Source: Trichoplax adhaerens
Lineage: Eukaryota; Animalia; Placozoa
Length of the DNA: 64,000 bases
NCBI RefSeq assembly: GCF_000150275.1
Contig: NW_002060943.1
Coordinates: forward strand, 7,758,066 to 7,822,065
Direction of reading: 5' to 3'
Both the position numbers and the translations under genes were made by a program. Every line of letters begins with the position of its first letter. Positions within the stretch are counted from its first letter, which is position 1. The notes under the pieces were generated by a model. It was not told the DNA's origin, made no database searches, and worked only from the letters and a program-made list of their open reading frames with translations. This document shows, piece after piece, positions 21,339-33,600 of the stretch.

Positions 21339-23165
21339 GAATAATAGTTTCAGGGACAGTCAGTCAGTTAATTTAAGATCCATCTGCTAGATCAGCTGTG
21401 ATATTTCTTTCTTTCCTTCAGGCTATTTTGCAACATTAGTTTACAGCTACCTTGAATGACTACAGTAACATTAGCTTACGCTATACTGTACTGTACTGTA
21501 CATACCGTACCGGGTAGTGCACTTTCACTACTAACAGTTCCTGTACCGTACAGTGTACAGTGTACAGTACAGTACTGTTGTACTGTAGTCTTTGAGCTGT
21601 GTACTATAAAGCATGGACTGCTAGAAGATTACTGTGCTGACTGTGATTGAGATCCACTACTGAGGTCTTCAATTTTGGTAGAAGCCTAAGGGGTTTCTAG
21701 TCAGAGTCAGAGCTACTGAAAGATACTTTATTCCTCCTTATTTATTTATATTTTTTAATAGGATACGATAACAAGATAATACCAAAACACTATACTATAA
21801 TCAGGAATATGATCGGTATGTAGAAAACTGTACAACATTCTTTCTTTAGTAGTCTCTGCAGTACAGTGCAGCTAGCGCCTATGCAGCTGTAGGCGAAAAC
21901 TTGCATAGGTCAAAGTAATCGTGGATATCAAACATGCGTTAAAATTTTAGTCAAATTCCTGCAATTCACAATACTATACGTTTATCCGGATGATTTAATT
22001 ACTATACAATCACTATATTTGCGTCACATTTGAGTATTTAGCCTACGCTTTATACAGTATCACATTATAATTATTTTCTCCTATATACGAGTATAATAGT
22101 GAGATGGGTGATTACATGGGCAGCGTCACTAGTGGGTACAGTAAGATAAACTAATGATTTAACCAAGTATCCTTATTAATTAGGCATTTGCTAATATTTC
22201 AGTTCGTATAGATACAGAAAGTGCCTTATTAACTCATTGTAGACTGATGAGGGTAGCATAATAGGTTAGTTACATTTTTAACAAATTGTATAAAACATTA
22301 ATCAAACTATGTAAGAAGACAATCCTCTATCACTTCTACAGTTTTACTATACTCTCGTCAGCATGATGCACCTGTATTTGTAACTGGCACATTTCAGGAA
22401 CTGAAATTTCTACTTGCAAGTTGTAACAACATAGTAAACATTATAAATGTAATAATGAAAGAATTAATTCAATTTTGAACACTACAGGTAATATTTCATT
22501 ATCTAGTACGCATACAAAAGTGTACGAGTACAGTATATTGACGGTGTGCCAACGCAGGGATTACCATAGGAGAAGTATCCGTAGAAGTAAGGTCCATAGT
22601 AATTTACACTCTTTCAACCGAAAGATGGCTGATCTGTCTATCGTTGAAAGTAAACTACAGCAAAAAGAACACTATATCGGGATTTACTGTAGCATTTCTG
22701 TTGTTGGGGCGCCTCGCATTAGCATCAATTAAGTTATATTATTTAATCAAACCAATGAGCATGCACATACGACATTATTAATAGACTAGCGTATAGAGAC
22801 AAGTCCAAGATGTTTCCACTTGATACAGGCAATGAAACTGAACAATTTCTAAAGACCTAATAAACTTTATATAAGAAAATTTTATATGGATATTTGTACA
22901 AACACTGTAGCGCGTACAGGCTAAACAGCTGAAAATAATCGAAATATAAATATATTTATGTATCATCAAAGTAGTCATCTTTATAGTAATAGGAGAGAAA
23001 CATCTCATTTATACAGTCACCAGTACTGATGTTATGCAATGATTAATGTTTCGTATATTGTACAGGTTATATATATATATATATATACATAATAAAAACA
23101 TTTTGAGGAAAGTATAGTACGATGCATGCTGCTCAATTTTTTGCTTCAATAAATTGCATGTGGCA

Positions 23166-24650
23166 TTAAACTGTCCATTTGAGACAACTATAAATCAAAA
23201 AGGATATAATTGAGGATTTTAAAATTTTAAAGTTCATAATTGTAAATGTAGCCGATATTTAAAATTGTACCTTAATAAATATGCAGTAAATAAGATGTTT
23301 AACTTACCGAGTGTCTTGGTGAATGCGTAGACATTTAATGCTACAGTACTTAGCACCACATGTTACGCAAATGTAATTAGAAGGAAACCCACAAACATGA
23401 CAGAATTTTCTAGTGGGATATTTTGGAGGCGGTGCTGTTGCAGTAACATAGTTGGGTTCGTCACTGTCTCCATTTTGTTGAATCTATAAGCAATAAGATA
23501 ACATTTCAGATAATGAAATAAAGTGTAAATAATTAATATAATAAACGATAATATCTTCCTTATTTTTAAATCCACTATGCTATCATATCAATATCTCATA
23601 AATTTCGCCAGTATTCAAGTTAATATATGGACTAGTACAGTAGAAGACACACAGCAAACTGTAGACATACGTTTTCTTCCAGTAAAGCAGCGAAATTCTT
23701 TCTCAGCCTCTAAAAAAATTACAGAAGTATTAGCGTGGCTATTAGAGATCAGGGTAGGGTGCAGCAGTATTTATATTAGGTCTAATTTCTTTGGGATGTT
23801 GCATGTAAGAACTACATTTCTTCTGCTTATATTACGATGCAAGACTGGTATTATCGTTCAATGTTGATATCTATATTTTGAGCATATGTATCGTATTGGA
23901 GTAGCTTTCGTAGCTATGTATACCTTTTGTACATTATCATGGCCCTTTGCTTTTTTCTTTTTCTTGGAAGAAACGCTTGTTGCTACATCATTATAATTAG
24001 AGATAAGTAAAATTTTCTTTCAAAACTTGAGGCAAACTGCATCAAGAGTAGAATAATATGAGATTTTAATTTAGAGGAGACAATTACCTTCGAGATCATG
24101 AAAGGGGAGATACCTTTTACTAGGTATATTGAGGTTTGCTTGTGGATCGTCATTATGGTTATCTTTCTCTAAATACTCTAGGTAGCGTGAAAGACGTCTC
24201 CGACGACTTGAATCGTCTAATACTCTTCTTCCATCCGCATCTTTGATCCTACCTATCAAATTACAACAGCAAGCTACGTGTAAATGCCGATATTGGAGAC
24301 TGACTAACTTGACTTTTACTCTCTACTGTCTATTTTCATAGGTAATCGAATAGCATTACTCGCATATGAATGACAACAGCAAACTGCGTATAAAAGTCAC
24401 TATTAGAGAATAACTTCCCTTTTACTCTTTACTGTCTATTTTCACACTTAATCGATTAACACTATTCAATGCGTATGAATGGCTCCATTGCTGCAACGCC
24501 ATCAGGAGGCGCTGATCATTTTTATATTTTTATATTGGTCAATGCATAAACATTGATATAGTATATAAAATAACTCAAAGCAGATAGGATTCGTGGCAGA
24601 TACTCACTAGATTCTCGTTTTTCATTTGGTAATTTTGACGACTTGGACAT
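23166..24650 (-). CDS. ZNHIT1: Zinc finger HIT protein 1 (SRCAP/SWR1 subunit Vps71), 6 exons
   Basis: Exons ~24650-24608, 24252-24088, 23982-23924, 23709-23671, 23483-23309 and 23187-23166 give GRRVLD..LEKDNHNDDP..RLRKNFAALLEE..FCHVCGFPSNYICVTCGAKYCSIKCLRIHQDTRCLKWTV*. Confidence 0.93.
24313..24481. repeat. two imperfect ~60-bp direct repeats in ZNHIT1 intron 1
   Basis: 24313-24372 and 24419-24481 share CTTTTACTCT(C/T)TACTGTCTATTTTCA..TAATCGA..GC(A/G)TATGAATG. Confidence 0.8.
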
Positions 24651-26004
24651 GATCGAGTTCGATGCAACAGCAGCAGGCTTTGAACAGCAATGGATTTGAT
24701 CGATTATATTTTGGAACTCGTATGGCTATCGGCAGTATGGCACTGTAGTTTAATACTTTACTATACAGTACAGCATGCTTCACGGTGCATAGTATGGCGT
24801 CAGTATAACATTTCGTCGCTATTTCTATGGCGACGAGTACCAAGGACTTGCGAGTGCTGTACAAGATGAGCTCTGTCCGCCCGTCTTTCCATAAGCCAAA
24901 TTAGTTTCAATCATACTGAATCCAGTGGAATAGGAATCGAGGATACTGTATCAAACAACTAAATTCGATATAGTACAGTATATGTAAAAGCGATCACTTC
25001 TCATTCAATCTGTTTCATTTTGTATTAGCTATTAAAAGGAATAGTTTGATCTTGGTTAGCTTTTGGCCAAAATGAGGACATCATCCATGTTTGGCATTAC
25101 TTTCCTTCTAAAAGCTAAATGACAGTGAATTTACCCTTTCTATCATGGAGTTATATTGATTTTAAAGTGACGAGATTGACCTTGAAAAGGATATTTTTTC
25201 CATACTATTCCATTCTATTTGCAGGGGCCATCAGGGCCCACTCCATGCAAACTTTTTGTAAATTATTCGGATATTTTGATAATCTTTTTTATTCTTGGTA
25301 AGATTGAATCGTATTGACAAATAATAGAGGTACTCTTATTGTTAACAGGCAATACTGAAAGTTATTTCTTTTTATCATAGAGTATTTTAATTCCAATGAG
25401 GTAGGATTGCCATAAAATGGGCACAAAGTGGCAATTTTAACACCAATCACATCACTTTGGAGGCCAAAACACTCCATGATAAAAAGTAAACCTCTCGCAG
25501 TTTTGATTTTACAGGGGAAAGCAATGCAAATTGTTATAAATTAACTACTTGAAATGAAGCCAAAATTGTTAATTCACAAAATGCTCGAATACACTTAAGC
25601 GTATAATACAGTATAGGAATGGAATGAAGCGATCAATGATTGTTCCGATGGTGCGAAAAGTGCTTGCAAATACGAGGTCCTACATTGCATCTGGTTCTAC
25701 GATACTGTATCCTCCATGGCTACAGTACTGTAGAAAGAGCTAAGCCAGCCAGCATGAAATGCTCAAAGGCGGTTACTGTTAACGCTAAACATGGACTATG
25801 AGAAGAAAAACTAACTATTAATCCATGATGTTAAATTACATACTGTGTATAGTGATGTAAATGCAAACCTAAACATGCACATTCCGCTCCAACCAGCCGA
25901 GCAGGATGTTGGACTCGTTATTTCCATAATATCTATATTCATTCTTAGCAGTACGAAGGCTTGGGCAAAATGGGCCAAGGCCACTTTATTGACGAGTCGG
26001 AGAC

Positions 26005-26585
26005 AGATCTAAATGACCTCTACGCAACTACCATCATCATCAAAAATCCTTCAATTCTGTTCGCAAATTAGAAGTCATGATTCTACTCCAATATACTGTA
26101 CTGTAGAGAATGAGTTCTACTCTGAAATATTCCGGTGTAAATAATTTCAGTTCGAGCTATGCAAGTCTACAATTAAGCTGTACTGAAACACCTCTTCTTT
26201 ACTAGCCTGAAATAGATCTAAATGACCTTTATGCAACTGCCATCATAATCGAAAATGCTTCAATTCTACTTATAAATTAAAGATTACGATTCTATTCCAA
26301 TATAGGGTAGAGAGAGTTCTACTCGAAAGTATTGCACAATAAGTAATTTCACTTCGAGCTGTGCAAGTTTGCTGTACTGAAACACTTTATTTACTAGTCT
26401 AAGGTAAATTTAAATGACCTCTGTGCAACAGCCATCATGATCAAGAATACTGCATTTCTGCTTCTAAATTAAGAGTGACGATGATTCTACTCCAATATAT
26501 AGTAGAGAAGGAGTTGTACTCTAAAACATTCCATAATTTCAGCTCCAACTCTGTAAAATTATGCCATGCAGAGACAGTACTTCAT
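26005..26585. repeat. three diverged ~200-bp tandem repeats upstream of UGT
   Basis: Units start at 26005, 26214 and 26406 with A(G/A)AT(C/T)TAAATGACCT..GCAAC..CCATCAT. Each also has GATTCTA(C/T)TCCAATATA and TAATTTCA. Confidence 0.88.
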
Positions 26586-26650
26586 GGCAAGCGCATCGTA
26601 CAACACCATTATAATTAATCCATTAATTAATTTTAATCAGTAAAACTACA

Positions 26651-26805
26651 TTACTCCACCATGGACTACTCAGTTTACAGCTAGTGCATCTAGTAGAACA
26701 ATATTCTACCATGGACTACTTAATTTACACCTAGTACATCTCGTAGTATAGTACTCTACCATGCATGGACTATTCAATCCAATTCAATTGACTACTAGTG
26801 CATCG
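26651..26805. repeat. three 50-bp tandem repeats
   Basis: Exact 50-bp period (26651, 26701, 26751) with core ACCATG(CATG)GACTA..CTAGT(G/A)CATC. Confidence 0.85.
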
Positions 26806-26957
26806 AGCAGTCCATGAATCTACTTTAAAGGCAGTTCCGCCCCTAGACAACCCCCACCCATGGTACCACCCTTTATACGGCTCCTGGTACTGTATTGAAA
26901 GCAGACTCATTTCGTTTTCATTGGCCTTACCTGCTAAGGAATCCATTTTTCCACGTT

Positions 26958-29168
26958 ATGATGAGGTCTTCTACCATCAATATTATTGCTATTATAGCTC
27001 TAACTGTCATAGTCGCATCATCGAATGTGCAATCAGCTAAAATTGTCGGTTACCCATTAGATGCTTATAGCCATACGGATAATTTCATTCGTGTTGGCGA
27101 TGAGTTGATGAATCGCGGCCATTCTTTTACCTTACTCATCTCAACATGGATTGAAAGTAAAGTAAAGGATAAAATTCATTTCAATTCTATGACTTACTTT
27201 AGCTATTTAAACGACGATATTACCAAATTTTGCATTGTATCTGCAATTCGAGATGACTATCCTCCAAAGAACTGCTCTACCTTCTATAGCTATCAATGCC
27301 ATAACACTTCCAGGGATCAAGAGATCATCAAAGCTATCTCGCAAGCAGGTAGGCAAGCAGTCAATAGTTAGATCGATACCACCAGATACTGCAGTCTTGA
27401 ACTAGTTCTGTTGGTAGTGTAATGGTGACTATTCTGTAATATTAACAGATTTATTATTGCTTCGATGTATACAAAGATATGCCCATAACTTATTATTACG
27501 GTAAATGGATACACCGTTCTTAGATATCACATAAATGTTAACAATTTATTATAACAGTCTTAAAATAGTCTTATTATATTCCTATTTGTAGTTACCTCTT
27601 GCCAGTTGCAATTTCTAAATAGTTTATAGTAACGTTAAATTTATACTTACTACTTTACTGAGTGGAATATTTCGCTGTACTACCATGTAAAGCGTTTTAC
27701 AAATCGCATCTTTAGCAACTCTAGAAGAGTGTATCTTTAAAGCTCGCCGGATTTTTCTAGGGTAGGAGGGGGTGGCATAATATTTCAATAATCTTATACA
27801 GACACAGTTTATAAATTAATGTAGTCACCGTTATTTACTGCACGTCCGTTTAAAGCATACATTATCTACTGTAATACTTGCATACGTATATACTCGTATA
27901 TACAACTTTATATCGTAATTAGGCTGCAATTGCAAACGATTTATTCCATGATATCATCTATGTATGAAAGGAATCTAAAATAAGTATAATTGCTTTTTCC
28001 ACCTGAAATAGACATCCTAATATGCGATGTTTGCGGTGCCTGCTGCCATGTTCTAGCCAAAATCGCCAAAGTTCCAATTGTGGTGGATTATAGCTCATTG
28101 GGATTTCTTGATCCCATTGTATCGTCCGTTCATAGGATACCTAACCCATTAGCATATATACCGCAAATGGGAACAGATTACCCAACCTTAATGACATTTT
28201 CTCAGCGCTTATCCAATTTCTTAGGTTATGTTGTCATTATCTTATTTAAAGACTACGTAATGGCGCCTCCTTTTAACGAAATATTGCATCAACATGGCAT
28301 AGTAAATCAAGATATCTACATTGATCGATCTCCTGCTCATATATTACTTGTGGCGTCTGATTTTGCAATTGAATTCCCCCGACCTATTACACCTGGAGTT
28401 AAAATGATTGGACCAGTTACCGTACAATCACCTCAACCTTTACCTCAAGATATTGAAAATTTTATCAACTCCAATAGCAATGGTTTCATCTTTGTTTCAT
28501 TTGGTACAGTTGCAGTCGCTTTAAATGCCATCACTGACATTGATGAGATGGCTAAAGGCCTGGGACAATTACCATATAATGTTTTGTGGAAATACACTGG
28601 ATCACCCATCAAAAATTTACCTACTAATATTAAAACTGTAAATTGGGCTCCCCAGAATGATGTCTTGGGCCATGCAAAAATTAAAGCATTTGTATCTCAT
28701 TGTGGAATGAATAGTGTACTCGAAGCTGCTTATCATGGTGTGCCAGTAATTGCTGTACCATTAATGTACGATCAATCCAACAATGCACAAAAACTTGCTG
28801 TTGCAGGAATGAGTAAAATCATCAATTTCCGATATTTAAATGCAAAATCCATTAAACAAATTATTAATGATGTTGTTAGCGATCCTACTTACGCTAAAAA
28901 TGCTAAAAGGGTTTCAAGTATTATGAAAGATCGCCCAAGTAGGAGAAAGCCTATTCAAGAAGCTGCAGACTGGATTGAGTATGCACTTCGATTTGATGGA
29001 TGTGAACATTTACGCAGCCAAGAAATGAATATGCCTTTCTATCAACGATATTTACTTGACGTTATTGGATTTATCGCTCTCACTATATACATCATCTATC
29101 GGATAATGAGGATAAGCTGCGGCTTTCTATGTAAACGTTGTTGTGCTAAGAAAACGAAACAAGACTAA
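26958..29168 (+). CDS. ER UDP-glucuronosyl/glycosyltransferase (GT1), join(26958..27348,28012..29168), 515 aa
   Basis: Signal peptide; catalytic His in YSH; UGT signature WAPQNDVLGHAKIKAFVSHCGMNSVLEAAYHGVPVIAVPLMYDQ; C-terminal TM helix; KxKxx ER-retrieval end KTKQD. Confidence 0.94.
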
Positions 29169-30641
29169 CAAAAGAGAAAATTGATCGATAAGTTTTTGCC
29201 TGGTGCTTAGAAGTTATGAAATATTTTATTAATTGTAAAACTATTTTAAGAAATTTTCTTAGCTAGATACAGTATATTTTATAGTTATTATTTGCTTCCG
29301 CTATACTCAGACGAATAATTATGACGAGTAGAGCAGTGCCTGTTTTATTAAAATTTTACAGTAGCATCGAATGACTACTACCATAATTTACTCTTCAATA
29401 AGAATATGACTGCCTATTTATTGTATACATATAACAAAAATTTATTAAAAACGATTTATGAGCACTTTTACTATTTTAGCTATAACATTTTTTTCATAAT
29501 TGTATACTAATTAGATGTTTCAGAAAATGATCTGCTAAATATTAAAATGGACATTACCTTCAGTAGATGACTATTCTTAATGTTTTTGTTATAACTAATT
29601 AGCAATACTTTAACATGTTTCAGTATTACTTTGTAATAGAGGCTGCTTATGAGGTTCTATCATCTTTTAGCAAAAGCTGTATGAAATTTTCTCAGCATTA
29701 AGTGCTTTTTAAGATGACTAATATCGAAATTTTATCTGTCTTTACTTTGCAACGATATAGACATAGCCAATGCCTAGTATATCAGTAGTGATTGCTACGT
29801 ACTGTGTACAGTCTTACTATCTGAAATTTTCGTATATCTCGTAAACTAGCAACTATTCATTCTACCATTTAAACCGTGAAGGTAGACCAAAGTACAGCAT
29901 TCATTCAGTACTGTTATCTTGCTAATGCCATACAATAATATAATAAAGATAAATATACCGATATTCGAGCTATTACCTCATTGTCATTTTCCAGACTATC
30001 AGTAGAGAAGTTTATTAATGATCCTATCTAACAGTAGTAAATGAGTTCTAGAGATTATTGTGAAATGTATCAATAATTTCAACAGTCTTTTTAGGTACTG
30101 CAAACCCTTATAGAAACTCTTACTGCTAAACTTACTAAGAACTTTTCCATAACTTAGGTTGACTTAAAATTACAATTACGTAAACAGGTTGTAATATGAA
30201 ATTTATTTTTCGTACTCTTAGATAATTACGCCTATGATAATAATGCCGCTCAGCCTAGAAAAAATCTGTGCAAATTTATAACTGCCCTTCTAGGCTTCTC
30301 CCACCAGTTAATTTGTTACAAAGTTAACTATAACCGGCAGTAATTGACCGATTTTAAAATTACGATAGTATTGCACATTTATTTAGAGGAATTAATGCTA
30401 TATATTTTACTTTATCAAATGTAGTTTTATTTCGATATTTTATCAGTCATCATACGTCATATCAATATCCAAAATGCACAATAGGAGAAATTTTATTTTA
30501 CAAGATTATAGTTTACCAACATGTATATACATTATATAAAAACTTCAAGTGTACAACTACAGTTATTCATTTTAATTGCCTAAAGAATCAGTTATTAACA
30601 GTTTTGAGTAAATTTGGGTACAAGAGACAGATAATACAAAC

Positions 30642-33600
30642 TTAACTATGAAATTTCTTTTTAGGATGTATTGATATATGCACCGGTGAGCATAATTTAA
30701 GAATTCCATTCAACTGATATTTTGAATTAGAGATACTAGAGTCAGGTTCAAGATCAAAGGCTCCATTTTCCAGGTAGGATTTCCAATCTGTTAGTTGCTT
30801 CTCAACATGATCAGCTTGATAAGTTATCACTGGGCATATCTCAATATAGCCTACATCTATATGAATCGACATGAAGAATAGTTTATTACCGCTGTCACTA
30901 TAACATTTTTACCAAGATAACATCGTTACATTAAGCTCGTGTTACCTGACCAAGCAGAGTGTGATATCACAATTTTTGTAGATAAATGATAGCCAGTGCT
31001 ACTGCAAGGATGGAAATCTGCCAATTTAGGGGTGAAGAGTTGCGTTCGGCGATCCGGAAAAGTAACCTTAATTTTATAAGTTGGAATAAATCTTAAAATT
31101 TTCAAACTAATCTGATGTTCTAAATCCAGAAGACGACACAATGTAAACTATTGAAATAATTACCAGTATTCGTATCACTGAAGGATCTGATACATTTTCA
31201 AAATTAATGTCGATGTTAATTGCCACAGGAAGTCTAGCAGTAAAACGATATACATTGTCAGTTTTATCTTTCGGCTCATTAACTATAGCTGTTACACGTT
31301 GGATTAGGGAATCTTCATTAATCTTTGATCCATCTTCTTCTAAAAGACTGGTATTATCACCAAAGTGAGGAAAAGAATAGCTGAAAATGATATTCATTAT
31401 TTTAGAGCTTATGTCTTGTAGACGTCTTGCCACTTCAGATAGTTCAGTTATATTATCTATTCGAAATATGTCCATTTGCCCTCCGAAATCTTTAGATTTT
31501 GTACAGATGCCAAGTAATGACTGTATAAGCTGATTCAATGGCAGGCCCATTGAACAAAGAAAGCTAAAAATGAACATTCGAAAAATAAATATACAGAGTA
31601 AGGTCCATCTAATTAGATGTTGATTGTGTTGATCCTAAAATAGGCTTAAATTACCTTTCTAAACCGATGATCCTTTCCTTGAAATACAATATAGGTCTAT
31701 CACAGAAATTAAAAACATAATTTTAAAACACTTCTATTTTATCATTCACTCTCTACTCTTTTCTATAAGTATTTTTAACCTTTCTAAACTTCTTATCTGA
31801 TCAGTGAAAGCACCAATAGACCTACAAATTAAATTAATGTAAACGTGTATCATGAAATTTATTATTAAAACAGGTTCTAAGCATGTCAAAGATTAACATA
31901 TATGATATAACTAAAGCAGCAGCATAGAAGCACAATTCAAGAAAAATCGTACTCTCTTCCAATATTAGCTCCGAGCTTTATTCGAATTAATAAGAGGACC
32001 AGAATTGCATGAGCTAAAGCTCTTAATTGCCTTAGCAATGCTGATTTCTCTATATTAAGGCCAGTAAATAGGTGTTCCATTCGATAAGAATATTCTAAAA
32101 TCTATAAACAAAGCAAATTGATGATCACAAAATGTTAGTAATTTTCCGAAAGCAATAGAGTTACTTAATGTACCCTAATGAATGTGTTCATATGCAATTA
32201 AGAAATTATCAAACAAACAGTTTACCTGAAGAGTGGCTGACCAGCATGATGGTTCAATACGTGATGCAAGCTGATCTGAGCCTATCCAAATGTCATCTTC
32301 CTTTATCTAATATATAATTATAATTGAATTTATCAAAGGCTTGTAATAGAATTACGAAAGCAAACCAAACAAGTTGAGTCTGCATACATATATATGCATA
32401 CAACATATACATATATACATTAAAAGTTATTTACCCGCGCCCACAATAACTGGCATTCTGTATACAAGGATAAACATTTAGCAATTCCTGCTAATTTTTT
32501 GTCAAGTTCCTGAATGCGACATAAGTCTCTGATACAAAGAAAATATTAGATTCGATAAGTCCTTTTATATTTTATCTATCTACTTTCACTAATGACTGAC
32601 ATACAAACCTAAGTAAGAATTTTAAAACTTTTTTCTCTTTGTTCACTGATGATACAGAATTCATCTTAGTTATTGTCATTTTTAAGAATTTGTGAGTATC
32701 AAAGTCTAAATAGAAAGCAAATTGACATCTATTAAATTCGATATAACTCTAAATAGTAGAATACTACTGACTTCATACCTCCATTTGTATTTTGAAAATC
32801 CTTTGTTCTAATTCCAAGCTAATTTTAAATGCAATCATTAGCTTCGTACTATAATAACTCTAACAGTATTTTCTATTTACAAACCTTTGAAATAGGGACC
32901 AAATCAGGATATTTGTCTTTTAGATATGAATAATGTTTGAAAAGAAACTGGGGAAAATAATTTACTAACAGGGGGTAAGATGTTGATGCGCTAAAAATAA
33001 ATATAGCAATACCAATATCTAATGATATTTGTTAAGATTTACAGATCCTCTGTGATAGAACGTTCTTTATAGTAAAATACAGCTTTTCTACAAAAGAAGT
33101 TAATGGTTTTTACTATAGTATTTTAAAGGATACGAGATGGATCAGAGATATCCGCTTCAGACGTAGCAAAGTAGGGATGCAATGATAGTAAATCGGTTAT
33201 AAAGGACATAATAAGGTATCCATGATCTTTGCCTAAATCCTTCAAGCACCTAAGAATATTTGAATGAGATTACAAATTTGATAATAATATCTTTTTGATT
33301 ATCACAGCAGAACATACTCCCAAATAGATAACTGATCTTCTCTGTACTGATGTAAGTTTCTAATCAATGCCTGAACGCCAAACTGCAGTGGCGGAACAGT
33401 TGTAAAATGTAGTGAACGTAGTAAAATCCTTAAAGCATTGCGTATTTCCGTTGATCGATCCTAAATTAGAAGAGTAAAAATATTATTAATTATTTAAAGT
33501 ATCATCTTAAAATAATACATACAACCGTAAAACCAAAATGTATTTTACAACCTTTAATAGATCAAGTACAATATTTAGTTGATCATCGCGAAGAGTTATT

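Noticed and set aside
26651-26805. Regularly spaced repeats resembling a CRISPR array
   Set aside because: The whole 50-bp unit is homologous (no unique spacers), the context is eukaryotic, and there are no cas genes.
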